This document shows positions 26,222 to 35,742 of a stretch of 37,105 nt of DNA, piece after piece. The number at the start of each line of letters is the position of its first letter. Position 1 is the first letter of the stretch. Made by a program: the position numbers and the translations under genes. Location: contig JBKBOT010000014.1 in NCBI GenBank assembly GCA_046293555.1, forward strand, positions 1-37,105, read 5' to 3'. The notes under the pieces were generated by a model. That model searched no databases. It saw only the letters and a program-made list of their open reading frames with translations, and was not told where the DNA came from. This DNA is from Pyrobaculum sp. GTDB taxonomy: Archaea; Thermoproteota; Thermoprotei; Thermoproteales; Thermoproteaceae.

Positions 26222-26948
26222 CCCACATGCCGTCGCCGGGACGGTGGCGGCAGCCCTCTTGTTTCTCCTCGCCGCACTTCCGCTAGTCTACCTACAGCCC
26301 CCGCCGCCGGGCTTCCTGGAGAGCATAGCTCTAACTGCGGTCTTTGGCGCCATCTCGGCGGCGCTCGCCCTGGCGCCCGGCCTAGCTGCCGCCATGATTA
26401 CACGTAGCGGCTGGGGCCTCTTGTCGCAAGTTTTTTACATCCCGGCGGTGGTGCCCCCCACCTCCGTGGGGGTGCTCCTACTGGCCTCCTTCCAAGTCCC
26501 ACGGGCGGCGTGTATAGGCGGGGTGGAGTGGACATGTGGCCTTGCCGCATTTGTGTCTGAACATGTGGTAAACAAGCCTCTAGGCATCTTGATAGCCATG
26601 TGGGTCATGGCGCTGCCAATAGCCTTCTCTATCTACGACGGCGCCTTGAGGGAGGAGAGAGCCGAGGTGTTCTTCAAGTCGCTGGGTTATTCCGGCATGC
26701 GGCTAATGTGGGTTATGATGCGGTCGCTGAGGTCTGCCACAGCCTCCGCCTTTATATTCGCCTGGATTAGAAGTTTCGGCGAGTTGGGAGTCCTACTTAT
26801 CTTCGCCTCCTACCCCCCCACGGCGGCTATATATATCTACAACGCCTGGCTGACATATGGCGTCGGTCCCGCCGTGGGGGCCTCTCTAGCAGTAGCCACG
26901 GTGGCCTTCATGATGGCCTATCTGGCCAGACGATGGCTCTCCAGATAG
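26205..26948 (+). CDS. W/Mo ABC transporter permease (WtpB/ModB-like)
   Basis: PAVVPPTSVGVLLL and AWIRSFGELG motifs; multiple TM helices. Confidence 0.8.
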   Translation: MAYIASPHAVAGTVAAALLFLLAALPLVYLQPPPPGFLESIALTAVFGAISAALALAPGLAAAMITRSGWGLLSQVFYIPAVVPPTSVGVLLLASFQVPRAACIGGVEWTCGLAAFVSEHVVNKPLGILIAMWVMALPIAFSIYDGALREERAEVFFKSLGYSGMRLMWVMMRSLRSATASAFIFAWIRSFGELGVLLIFASYPPTAAIYIYNAWLTYGVGPAVGASLAVATVAFMMAYLARRWLSR

Positions 26949-27595
26949 AGAGGCTACACGCCAGGCGGGGGAACTTCAGCCTATATGTGGAGAGACTTGA
27001 GGTAAACTCCATTGTGGCCGTACTGGGGAGAAACGGCTCTGGCAAAACCACGCTCCTAGACGCAGTGGCTGGGGTGATAAAAGCCACAGGCCGTGTGGCG
27101 GCCTGTGGGAGAGATGTCTCCACCTTGCCTCAAGAGAGACGCGGCTTGGCGTACATACAGGCAACCCCAGTGGAGCCGCCCGGCCGCGTGGAGAAATTCC
27201 TTAGAGACGTGGCGAAGCTACATGGCGCCGAGAGGGAGGTGGAAGAGGTGGCCAAGTCGCTGGGGGTATGGGATCTGCTCCCCAGGGGGGGAGGCCGCCT
27301 CTCTACCGGCCAGAGGCAGCTGGTCAACCTGGCCGCAGCGCTTTTGGCAAAACCCTGTGCCTTCCTGATGGACGAACCCACGTCGCATCTAGACTGGATA
27401 AACAAGAGGAGGTTTATGGACCTAGTTAGGGGTCTCGACAGGCCTGTACTATACGTCACACACGACCCCTTTGAGGCCATGTATATATCAGACCACATAT
27501 GCGTCATGGAGGGCGGCCAGCTGAAAAGATGTACTCCAAACAGGGAGGGGGGCATACTGGAGGCATACATGTTGGCCGAAAGGCTCCTATCTTGA
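26933..27595 (+). CDS. ABC transporter ATP-binding subunit (WtpC/ModC-like)
   Basis: GRNGSGKT, LSTGQ, MDEPT and YVTHD motifs. Confidence 0.88.
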   Translation: MALQIERLHARRGNFSLYVERLEVNSIVAVLGRNGSGKTTLLDAVAGVIKATGRVAACGRDVSTLPQERRGLAYIQATPVEPPGRVEKFLRDVAKLHGAEREVEEVAKSLGVWDLLPRGGGRLSTGQRQLVNLAAALLAKPCAFLMDEPTSHLDWINKRRFMDLVRGLDRPVLYVTHDPFEAMYISDHICVMEGGQLKRCTPNREGGILEAYMLAERLLS

Positions 27596-28357
27596 CGCCT
27601 CCACACGCCTCTCTCTCAGCTCGACCACATGTATGGCCCCCCTGCCGGCAAGCAGCCTAGCCACATCCCGCCAGCTGTCTCTCTCGGCCACCACCGCCAG
27701 TACCCCCTTCTTGGCGAAATACCCCACCACCCCCGGCGCCCCCTCTAGCAGCTCGGCCCACCGCGGCAGGAAGCCCACCCTCCTGGAGAACTGCCTGGCG
27801 TGGTGGAGAAAGGCGTCAAAAGTGGGGTCCTTTAGGAAGGCGGCCACCGCCTCTCTGCCAGCCTCCCTAATGGCGCCGGCCCTTTCTGTCAACATGGCCC
27901 TGGTGTCGTATCTAGACAGGTCGACTGTAATCAACACGACGTTGGGACATGGGGTGGGGTAAGCCTCCCCCACCCCCGGGGCCCCTGGCCTTATCCTAAC
28001 CACAAGACAGCCGCCGGTGTATATAGCCAAGACGTCGCCAAGGCCCGTCATGTTGAGAACTTCCCGCATGTGGGCAGTCACAAAGGCGGCTGGGGACAGC
28101 CCCACCTCGGCCACACCCATCGCTATATTTATAACTGCCGAGGCGGCGTAGCCGTAACCAGCCGGATATGGGGAGGAGATCTGGACGCCGGCCCTCCTCG
28201 CTACCACCACGCCGTTATACACCACCTCCCCCCCGGCGAGCTCTATCTCTGCCTCAGCCAGGAGGAGGCCAGCGCCAGTCGACCCCGTGGCCACGGGGCT
28301 TTTGTCGTAATGTGGGAGCCAAAAGCCCGTGAGGTGATGCGGTATCTTCAGCCGCAT
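27587..28357 (-). CDS. Pantoate kinase (GHMP family)
   Basis: PHHLTGFW, GSTGAG, GYGYAASA, TGLGDV and PGAPG motifs; pantothenate cluster context. Confidence 0.88.
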   Translation of the reverse strand: MRLKIPHHLTGFWLPHYDKSPVATGSTGAGLLLAEAEIELAGGEVVYNGVVVARRAGVQISSPYPAGYGYAASAVINIAMGVAEVGLSPAAFVTAHMREVLNMTGLGDVLAIYTGGCLVVRIRPGAPGVGEAYPTPCPNVVLITVDLSRYDTRAMLTERAGAIREAGREAVAAFLKDPTFDAFLHHARQFSRRVGFLPRWAELLEGAPGVVGYFAKKGVLAVVAERDSWRDVARLLAGRGAIHVVELRERRVEASR

Positions 28358-29172
28358 CTCTCCTCCAGCGTCTTGACCAGTAGGTAAAGCGCCTTGTTGT
28401 AAGGAGTGGCTACCCCCAGCCTCTCGCCGTATTTAACCACCGCGCCGTTTATATAATCCACCTCCGTCTTTAGACATAGCCGTATATCTCTGGCGGTAGA
28501 GGAGAGATTTCTCGCCGTCGCCGCCGCCACTCTGTACACCTCCTCCACGGGGTCCGCCGGGAGTTTTACCCCCAGCGCCGCCGCCACAGCCGCGGCCTCT
28601 CTCGCCACAGCCGCCGCGAGCTCTCCGGCATGCGGGCTTTCTGCCACCACCCCGTTTTCTCTCTGCAGTACCGCAGTTATGGCGTTTATCGCCGCGTTTA
28701 CCGCCAGCTTAAGCCAGCGGTATGGCTCCACGTCGTCTACAATTTTCACAACGGCGCCGCCGCGCCTCAGCCACTCCCCCAACTCCTCCGCCTCTCTGGG
28801 CAGAACTATCTCGCCGACGCCCCGTAGCTCGGAGCGGCAGCCCTCCCTATAGACGCCGTAGGTCACCACGGCCGGCACCGCCCTGTGTCTCTCCCTAATT
28901 GCCTCAAGCCCCCCGACGCCGTTTTGAGCCACCACCGCCAGCCCCCCGACGTGTACAGCCGCCGCGGCGCTGTCGTAAGCCTTCACGGCCACCACCGTGT
29001 ATTTCACGGGGGGTAATTCAGACGTGGGCACAAACTGGAGCTGACGGCATGTGGGGCTACAGAAGGTGTACTCTACACACCTCCTCGTGATTACATATGG
29101 CGTAATGCCCCCCTGGTTTAAAAAGTGGACAAATAGCGACCCCACTGCGCCTAGGCCCACGACGCCAATCAC
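28348..29172 (-). CDS. panE: 2-dehydropantoate 2-reductase
   Basis: GLGAVG, VKAYD, QNG, WLKLAVNAAIN, NLSS and TEVDYING motifs. Confidence 0.92.
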   Translation of the reverse strand: MIGVVGLGAVGSLFVHFLNQGGITPYVITRRCVEYTFCSPTCRQLQFVPTSELPPVKYTVVAVKAYDSAAAAVHVGGLAVVAQNGVGGLEAIRERHRAVPAVVTYGVYREGCRSELRGVGEIVLPREAEELGEWLRRGGAVVKIVDDVEPYRWLKLAVNAAINAITAVLQRENGVVAESPHAGELAAAVAREAAAVAAALGVKLPADPVEEVYRVAAATARNLSSTARDIRLCLKTEVDYINGAVVKYGERLGVATPYNKALYLLVKTLEERCG

Positions 29173-29196
29173 AAATTTTTATTGATTATAATATTT

Positions 29197-29955
29197 ATGA
29201 GGCGGGTGACTGACTTCAAAAAGGGCGGGGGGCCATACGTGTGGATAACCGCATATGATTACCCCACGGCGCGGCTGGTAGACGGGGCTGGAGTAGACGG
29301 CATACTGGTGGGAGACTCTCTAGGCATGGTGGTATTAGGCCTCCCAAACACTCTCTCCGTCACTTTGGCGGACATGGTGAGACACACCGAGGCGGTAGCT
29401 CGCGCCAAGCCTAAAGCGTTAGTGGTGGCAGACATGCCCTTTATGACTTACGAGACCGGCGTTAGAGATGCGTTAAAAAACGCCGCAAGGCTGATCAGAG
29501 CTGGGGCAGACGCGGTGAAGCTAGAAGGCGGCGTGGAGTACGCCCACGTGGTGGAGAGGCTGGTCAAGGCCGGGATACCCGTAATGGGCCACATCGGCCT
29601 TAACCCCCAACGGGTCTTGGCGATGGGGGGCTTCAAGATGGTGGGGAAGACCGCCGAGCAGAGAAAAAAACTTGTTGAAGACGCCAGAGCCCTAAGAGAG
29701 GCGGGGGTTTTCTCCATAGTGATAGAGTTCGTCCCCGCCGATGTTGCAAAAGAGGTCACAGAGAGCGTAGACGTCCCCACTATATGTATTGGCGCGGGGC
29801 CTCATTGCGACGGCCAGATATTAGTGCTACACGACGTAATAGGCCTCACCGAAAGGCCCCCGAGCTTCGCCAAGAAATACGGCGATGTGGCTGCCGCCAT
29901 AAAAAACGCGGTGTCGCAATACGTACAGGAGGTTAAGGCCGGCCGGTTCCCCTAA
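29197..29955 (+). CDS. panB: 3-methyl-2-oxobutanoate hydroxymethyltransferase; start ATG 29197
   Basis: [31 protein letters not shown] and IGAG...DGQILV motifs. Confidence 0.96.
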   Translation: MRRVTDFKKGGGPYVWITAYDYPTARLVDGAGVDGILVGDSLGMVVLGLPNTLSVTLADMVRHTEAVARAKPKALVVADMPFMTYETGVRDALKNAARLIRAGADAVKLEGGVEYAHVVERLVKAGIPVMGHIGLNPQRVLAMGGFKMVGKTAEQRKKLVEDARALREAGVFSIVIEFVPADVAKEVTESVDVPTICIGAGPHCDGQILVLHDVIGLTERPPSFAKKYGDVAAAIKNAVSQYVQEVKAGRFP

Positions 29956-30706
29956 CGAGCCCGCGGGCCAGCTCGACAAGCCTTTTGCCGATATGGTAAA
30001 TAGCCTCTCCCAACGCCGCCCTGTTGTCATAATTCTTCAAGATCTCTCCTAGATTTGGCGCAGTCTTGAGGATCTTTACATACTCCACGAGCTTGGGCAT
30101 AGCCCTAGTGATGTTATCCACAATGGTGATTGACGCCGCCCGCGCCGTGCGGCTAAGGGGGTTGAGGTCAATAGCTATGACGGTCTTCCCCATCTTCCTA
30201 AGCGCCTCGGTCCTGTCGCCATCTTCAAGAGGCACCAACACCACATCTGCCTTGTAGATACCCACACAGCTTACCCTCCTCCTCTCGCTAAAAAGCTCTG
30301 GGATCGCACATGCGGCGTCATCACCCACGCCAAGTATCTCCACTGCGCCGTGTTGCCGCAGTATCTGGGCTATTTTCTCCTCCCTCTCTCCACTCCGGTA
30401 GAACAGATTCACCTCTATCCTTGCCGGCACGGCGGCGGCAAGCTCCACCACCTCTCTCGGCGTAAGCGCCGCCACGTTGCCGTTTACGCTTATGACAGGC
30501 CACCTCGCTAAAAGCAAAGCCGCGGCCGCCGCCTCGATTGCCCTCAGCGCGAAGGGCATAGTGGCCTCGCCGATTAGGTAGTCAAAACACTCCCCCCTCC
30601 CCTGGGCTATAAGCCCCTGCGGGGCGACATACCCCCCCTCGACCCCCTTCACCACCTTCTCCCGCTCCAGGAGGCTTCTGTACCTAGGGTGTGTGGGCGG
30701 GATCAT
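29933..30706 (-). CDS. 4-phosphopantoate--beta-alanine ligase (phosphopantothenate synthetase)
   Basis: [32 protein letters not shown] and IDLNPLSRT motifs. Confidence 0.93.
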   Translation of the reverse strand: MIPPTHPRYRSLLEREKVVKGVEGGYVAPQGLIAQGRGECFDYLIGEATMPFALRAIEAAAAALLLARWPVISVNGNVAALTPREVVELAAAVPARIEVNLFYRSGEREEKIAQILRQHGAVEILGVGDDAACAIPELFSERRRVSCVGIYKADVVLVPLEDGDRTEALRKMGKTVIAIDLNPLSRTARAASITIVDNITRAMPKLVEYVKILKTAPNLGEILKNYDNRAALGEAIYHIGKRLVELARGLVRGTGRP

Positions 30707-30732
30707 GTGTAATACGACGGGGATAAATACAT

Positions 30733-30848
30733 TCGGCCCGCCGGGATTTGAACCCGGGACCGCCCGCTACAGGCCTGGGGGTCTGCAAGAGGTGTCCCCC
30801 CAGGGGCTGTCTACAGCCGGGCGCTCTCGACCGCTGAGCTACGGGCCG
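30733..30848 (-). tRNA. tRNA-Tyr(GUA) with a 42-nt intron (30767-30808) at non-canonical position 39/40; CCA not encoded
   Basis: Removing the intron gives a 74-nt cloverleaf with C1-G72, A73, anticodon loop CTGTAGA and T-loop TTCAAAT. The junctions fold as a bulge-helix-bulge. TTTATAAA promoter at 30871-30878. Confidence 0.95.
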
Positions 30849-30871
30849 CCATGTTCAACACACGTCGGTGT

Positions 30872-31708
30872 TTATAAATTTTTCGCGTCCTCCATGCGGA
30901 CAAACCTGGCGGACTTATGTATGGCCAGGTCTAGGTAGACCTCAGCCGAGTTGGCTAGGTAGTCTAAAACTCTCACCGCGTGTAAGGCCTGTAGCTGCCC
31001 CTCAGTTTTCTGCAATACCTCAAACCTGAGGGAGGGGATAGAGAGGAGGAAGTCAAAATGGGCGGAGGGGTCCCCCGCCTCCGCCGCCTTTTTTAACCTC
31101 GCCGCGGCGTTAGATAACAAAACCCAAACCTCCCTGCCGGGCTTCTCCCTGTAGAGATCTAACACGTGGTCTACAGCCCTCTCGAAAAACCTAGCCAGCT
31201 GGATGTAGAAAACACAGCTGGGATAGGGCCGCTTGGTGCAAAGCCTGTTGGCAGTAAGCCTCAGTCTATCCACCTCGTCGTCAACCGCCTGTAGGGTCTT
31301 CAAGGTGGCTGTCTCTTTCGTCAAGCCTTCCAACATGTAGACAAGGGCGTCTAACATCCTGTCCACCACCTCAGCCATGTCTAGATACCTGTCTACATAC
31401 CGCACCACATGCCCCCCGCCAGCTGGCGCCATCTCGCCAAAAACCTTCTCCAAGGCCCTCTCCACCTCCTCCCGGGGGGCCTTGAGGTAAAGCTTATCCA
31501 GCCCCGCGGCGTATCCAGCCACCACGGCGGCTGTCACATCTCCATTTTCCACCTCGGCCACCCTTTCCCCCACGGGCGTGATCCCCACGTAGAAATCCTG
31601 CCAGTACACCTCCACGGCGGTAGGAGAAATTTCTTGAAACATATGTTTGGGGAGATAGACTAGGTAAGACCCACGTACGCGAATAACTTTCCTCACCTCA
31701 AACCTCAC
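30872..31708 (-). CDS. Phosphate uptake regulator-like protein (AbrB-like N-domain plus PhoU-like repeats); start probably GTG 31708
   Basis: RKVIRVRGSYLVYLPK, AGYAAG, DDEVDRL and ARFFERAVDH motifs; divergent from pstS. Confidence 0.82.
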   Translation of the reverse strand: MRFEVRKVIRVRGSYLVYLPKHMFQEISPTAVEVYWQDFYVGITPVGERVAEVENGDVTAAVVAGYAAGLDKLYLKAPREEVERALEKVFGEMAPAGGGHVVRYVDRYLDMAEVVDRMLDALVYMLEGLTKETATLKTLQAVDDEVDRLRLTANRLCTKRPYPSCVFYIQLARFFERAVDHVLDLYREKPGREVWVLLSNAAARLKKAAEAGDPSAHFDFLLSIPSLRFEVLQKTEGQLQALHAVRVLDYLANSAEVYLDLAIHKSARFVRMEDAKNL

Positions 31709-31739
31709 AAACAATACGACAGCTATAAATTTTTTCACA

Positions 31740-31751
31740 AGACATATGAAA
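31740..31751. promoter_or_regulatory. Candidate operator AGACATATGAAA (site 1)
   Basis: The identical 12-mer recurs at 34946-34957 upstream of pstB. Confidence 0.5.
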
Positions 31752-31795
31752 GACGGCGAAACCCAGCCCCCTAAAAAACTTTTCTAACAAAAAAA

Positions 31796-31805
31796 TTCAT
31801 ATGAA
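31796..31805. promoter_or_regulatory. Candidate operator, perfect palindrome TTCATATGAA (site 2, pstS promoter)
   Basis: CATATG begins 40 nt before the pstS ATG, directly upstream of a BRE/TATA-like element. Confidence 0.55.
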
Positions 31806-31837
31806 GAAGGACTAAATACATATAGTAACCCCACCCC

Positions 31838-33103
31838 ATGTCTAAAACTCCACTCAACCCAAAGATATTGGCGATAATAGCAGTGGTGGTCATCGCGGCG
31901 GTGCTGGCGGCCTCCTTCGCGTTACTCCAACAGCCCACAACTACCTCAACACCTCAGACCACACCCACGGCGACCACACCCCCGCCACAAGCCACGCCGC
32001 CTCCAGCTACCACGCCTCCACCTCAGACGCCGTCGTTTTTGCCGGGGGCTATTACTGGCGGTGGGGCCACGTTTGTAAATCCGCAGATGGTTTCTTGGTC
32101 TAGAAAGGTGTATGAACTATCTGGTACTGCCTTTCAGGTGAATTACCAGTCTATTGGGTCTGGAGCTGGTGCCGCACAGTTTTTGGCTAAGAAGCTTGAT
32201 TTCGGCGCTTCTGACGTCCCCATGCCGGCAGATAGGTTCAAAGAGGTGGCTGGACGTATGGTACAGTTCCCCGTCATAATTGGCTCTATCGTGATGGTAT
32301 ACAACATACCTGAGCTAGCCTACAAGAAGACCGGCAAGTATCTAAACCTCACCTCTGAGGTAATTTCGCTGATCTACATGGGCGAGATCAAGCAGTGGTG
32401 TGACGAAAGGGTTCAAAAACTAAACCCGGGCCTTAAGCTCCCCTGTAGGGACATCGTCGCCGTACATCGCAGCGACGGCTCTGGCACGACGGCGGCATTT
32501 ACGCTTTATTTAACTAGAGCCTACCAGCCGTGGAATCAAACAGTGAGTTGGGGATATACTGTGAAGTGGCCTGCAGACGAGAAGGCAAAGGGCACTGGGG
32601 CTAAGGGCAATGAGGGCGTGGCTCAAGCTGTGCTCACCACCCGTTACTCCATTGGGTATATAGAGTATGCCTACTGGGCTAAAAACAGGGATAAATACGA
32701 CGAGGTTGGCGGGGTGGCTTTCATAAAGAACGACAATGACGGCAGGTATTACTTCCCCACTGAGGAAAACGTCAAGTTGGGAGCCGCGGCCGGACTGGAG
32801 AGATACCGGCAGAAATATGGCAGTTATCCAACTCCGGACCAGGACTGGAACCCTGTATCTATAGAGTTTTCCAACCCGCCGCGGGGGTATCCCATCATGT
32901 CTTTTACATATGTCTTCTTGTGGAAAGACTACGCCGCCGAGGGGTTTGCAGATGCCTCCACAAGAGTCAAGTTGTTGAAACAGTTCTTTAGGTGGGTTTT
33001 GACAGATGGACAGAGGGCTGAAAACGTGGTGGAGGGCTTTATTTCACTACCCAAAGAGCTATCTGAGCTGGGGCTTAAGGCGTTGGACTTAGTGAAATCT
33101 TAA
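31838..33103 (+). CDS. pstS: Phosphate ABC transporter substrate-binding protein
   Basis: GGGATF, YQSIGSGAG, DFGASD, RSDGSGTT, GNEGV and YPI motifs; N-terminal TM plus Pro/Thr linker. Confidence 0.96.
   Translation: MSKTPLNPKILAIIAVVVIAAVLAASFALLQQPTTTSTPQTTPTATTPPPQATPPPATTPPPQTPSFLPGAITGGGATFVNPQMVSWSRKVYELSGTAFQVNYQSIGSGAGAAQFLAKKLDFGASDVPMPADRFKEVAGRMVQFPVIIGSIVMVYNIPELAYKKTGKYLNLTSEVISLIYMGEIKQWCDERVQKLNPGLKLPCRDIVAVHRSDGSGTTAAFTLYLTRAYQPWNQTVSWGYTVKWPADEKAKGTGAKGNEGVAQAVLTTRYSIGYIEYAYWAKNRDKYDEVGGVAFIKNDNDGRYYFPTEENVKLGAAAGLERYRQKYGSYPTPDQDWNPVSIEFSNPPRGYPIMSFTYVFLWKDYAAEGFADASTRVKLLKQFFRWVLTDGQRAENVVEGFISLPKELSELGLKALDLVKS
31930..32032 (+). repeat. Low-complexity Pro/Thr linker (TTPPP repeats) in PstS
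   Basis: QPTTTSTPQTTPTATTPPPQATPPPATTPPPQTP. Confidence 0.7.
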
Positions 33104-33124
33104 AAACCACCCCCTTTTTTCACC

Positions 33125-34048
33125 ATGCTTGGCCTGGTCCTACTATTCTCAGCCTTGGCATACCTGGTGTCTATATTCATCCTGATTGCACTTAAATTCA
33201 GGTGGGGCATGCGTCTAGCTGGGTTTGTGTCTCTCGCCATTATTGGCGGCATGATGGCTGTCTTTCTGTACGAGGCAATGCCCGCCTTGGAGCGATATGG
33301 CTTCAGCCTGTTGATCACCGCCGGCTGGGACCCGCCGAGGGAGGAGTATGGCCTATTGCCTGCAATTGTGGGCACTTTGGCTACCTCAGCTGTGGCTATA
33401 GCTATCGCCATGCCTCTAGCCATCAGCGTCGCCGTTGTGATAAACGAGATGCTGCCCCGCTCCCTGCGGAATGTCTTCAGCTCGCTGGTGGACCTAATAG
33501 CCGCAATGCCCACTGTGATCTTCGGGCTGTGGGGCCTCTTCGTGTTGGGGCCCATGTTGGCCGACTTTTTGAACAACGTCGCGGGGGATTACGTCGCCGC
33601 GCCGCTTTCTCTACTCACCGCCTCTATCCTCCTGGCGGTTATGATTACCCCATATGCGGCTGCGGTGATTAGGGAGGGGTATGCCCTCGTGCCGAAAGTA
33701 GTAGAGGAGGCCATATACTCAATCGGCGCCACGAGGCTAGAGGCCATCTTGATAAAATTGAGATATGTAAAGAACTATATCTTCGGCGGGTTTTTCCTCG
33801 CGCTGGGTCGCGCCATGGGCGAAACTGTGGCTGTGGCCATGGTGGTAGGCGGTAATTACTCCAGGCTCCCTCAAAGCCTTCTCGAGAGTGGCATCACGTT
33901 GTCGTCACTAATCGCGTTACAGTTCCCAAACGCGTTTGCCTATACATACATGGTGCCGGTGTTGTTCACAGCCGCGCTTATGGTGGCTCTCCTCGGCGTG
34001 GTGATAAACGGCGTGGCGATATATATTCTCTACAGGACGCAGATATGA
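33125..34048 (+). CDS. pstC: Phosphate ABC transporter permease
   Basis: AAMPTVIFGLWG and LGRAMGETVAV motifs; operon position. Confidence 0.93.
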   Translation: MLGLVLLFSALAYLVSIFILIALKFRWGMRLAGFVSLAIIGGMMAVFLYEAMPALERYGFSLLITAGWDPPREEYGLLPAIVGTLATSAVAIAIAMPLAISVAVVINEMLPRSLRNVFSSLVDLIAAMPTVIFGLWGLFVLGPMLADFLNNVAGDYVAAPLSLLTASILLAVMITPYAAAVIREGYALVPKVVEEAIYSIGATRLEAILIKLRYVKNYIFGGFFLALGRAMGETVAVAMVVGGNYSRLPQSLLESGITLSSLIALQFPNAFAYTYMVPVLFTAALMVALLGVVINGVAIYILYRTQI

Positions 34049-34947
34049 GGAGGGCGCTAAACACGGCGGGTCTGGCGCTATTTGCAATATTGGCCTTCCT
34101 GGCGGTACTGCCGTTATTCCTAATAATTATAGATGTCTACACGAAGGGTATCTCCGCCATATTGAGGCTAGGGGGTTTAAACTTCCTGTTTGACATCCCG
34201 CCTAGCCCAGACGCAGAGCGAGGTGGGGTGGGGCCCCTCCTAGTGGGGACTCTCTACATGACTCTCCTTGGCGCAATTGTTGGCATCCTGTTGGGCTTCC
34301 CCCTCGGCGTATATATAGGCGAGTTCAGAAAGGAGTATTTTGCCAACATCAGTAGGGGTGGTGTAAACATCTTGGTGGAGTTCCCCACCATCACGGTGGG
34401 GCTTTTCGTATATGCCCTCTTCTCGTTGTCGCTAGTAGACATAAACCCCATACTTGAAAATATGGCCAACGTCTTGAGTGGCGCCGTGGGGGATTGGGTT
34501 AAGTACTTCGTGGGGGGTTTAAGCCAGTTTAACGCATATGCCGGCGCCTTGGCTCTAGCCATCATAATGGTGCCATATGTGGCCTTGTTTACAGCTAGCG
34601 CATACGCCACCATAGATCAAAACACGAGGGAGGCTGCCTACGCCATTGCGGGGAGGGAATATAAGGCTGTCTTTATAGTGCTCAGAAAGGCGGTCTCCAG
34701 GGCCGTGTTGGTAGCCGTCTTGCTGGGCACCGCCAAGATAGCCGGCGAGACGGCGCCCCTTCTGTTTACCGCCTATGGCAACTACTTCTATAGCCCCTTC
34801 ACGCAGGCTACTGGCGCCATACCCCACTGGATTTGGTACGCCGCCCAGACCCCATATGACGTACAGATAGCCTCTGCCTACGGCGCCGCGGCGGTTTTGT
34901 TAACAATAGTGCTGGCCATCTTCCTCGCGGCTAGATCCAGGCGGTAG
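34045..34947 (+). CDS. pstA: Phosphate ABC transporter permease
   Basis: PTITVGLFVY, REAAYAI and AGETAPLLFTA motifs. Confidence 0.93.
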   Translation: MRRALNTAGLALFAILAFLAVLPLFLIIIDVYTKGISAILRLGGLNFLFDIPPSPDAERGGVGPLLVGTLYMTLLGAIVGILLGFPLGVYIGEFRKEYFANISRGGVNILVEFPTITVGLFVYALFSLSLVDINPILENMANVLSGAVGDWVKYFVGGLSQFNAYAGALALAIIMVPYVALFTASAYATIDQNTREAAYAIAGREYKAVFIVLRKAVSRAVLVAVLLGTAKIAGETAPLLFTAYGNYFYSPFTQATGAIPHWIWYAAQTPYDVQIASAYGAAAVLLTIVLAIFLAARSRR

Positions 34948-34969
34948 ACATATGAAAAAGGTTTATAAT
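34946..34969 (+). promoter_or_regulatory. Internal pstB-phoU promoter with candidate operator (site 3)
   Basis: AGACATATGAAAAAGG-TTTATAAT; TATA starts 27 nt and CATATG 40 nt before the pstB ATG. Confidence 0.6.
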
Positions 34970-34988
34970 TGCCGTAGTAAAAGGCGCC

Positions 34989-35741
34989 ATGGCTCATATA
35001 GACATTAGAGAGCTAAAGGTGTGGTTTGGAAACCTGCAGGTATTTAACGGGGTTAGCCTCCAGATACCTAAAAATGTCGTCTTTGCGCTAATGGGGCCGT
35101 CAGGTAGCGGCAAGTCCACCGTCTTGAGGGTATTAAACAGGCTGGTGGAGCTCTACCCAGAGGCTAAAGTCGCGGGGGAGGTCTATATAGATGGGCAAGA
35201 CATATTTAAGATGGACGTAGTTGAGCTCAGAAAGCGGGTACAAATGGTCTTCCAGATCCCAAACCCAATACCCAACCTCTCTATCTATGAAAACGTGGCG
35301 CTGGGGCTTAAGCTGAACAAACTAGTTAGGTCAAAAGACGAGTTGTATAAAGCCGTGAGGACAGCCCTAGAGAAAGCCCAGCTGTGGGAAGAGGTAAAAG
35401 ACCGCCTCAAGTCCCCGGCGGGGAAGCTCTCCGGCGGGCAGCAACAGAGGCTGTGTATAGCCAGGGCGCTTGCCTTCAACCCGGAGATAATCCTTATGGA
35501 CGAGCCCACGGCGAACCTGGACCCAGAAAACACGGCGAAGATAGAAGAGCTCATTCTAGACATGAAGAAGGAGAGAACTGTGGTAATAGTGACTCACTAC
35601 CCGCCGCAGGCCGCCAGGATAAGCGACTACGCGGCTTTTCTCTACAAGGGCACTATCGTCGAGGCTGGCCCCACGAGGGAGGTGTTTACAAACCCGCGGC
35701 ACGAGCTTACTGAGAGATACGTCACCGGCAGGGTGTATTGA
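34989..35741 (+). CDS. pstB: Phosphate ABC transporter ATP-binding protein
   Basis: [33 protein letters not shown] and TERYVTG motifs. Confidence 0.96.
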   Translation: MAHIDIRELKVWFGNLQVFNGVSLQIPKNVVFALMGPSGSGKSTVLRVLNRLVELYPEAKVAGEVYIDGQDIFKMDVVELRKRVQMVFQIPNPIPNLSIYENVALGLKLNKLVRSKDELYKAVRTALEKAQLWEEVKDRLKSPAGKLSGGQQQRLCIARALAFNPEIILMDEPTANLDPENTAKIEELILDMKKERTVVIVTHYPPQAARISDYAAFLYKGTIVEAGPTREVFTNPRHELTERYVTGRVY

Positions 35742-35742
35742 C

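Noticed and set aside
30600-30733. Integrated element at the tRNA-Tyr 3' end
   Set aside because: No integrase and no duplicated tRNA 3' half in the window; core genes flank the tRNA.
30693-30938. 81-aa plus-strand ORF
   Set aside because: It is the antisense reading of the tRNA-Tyr gene.
32900-34860. Additional CATATG hexamers inside pstS, pstC and pstA
   Set aside because: They lack the AA/TT flanks and promoter position, and the hexamer occurs in many unrelated coding regions of this window.
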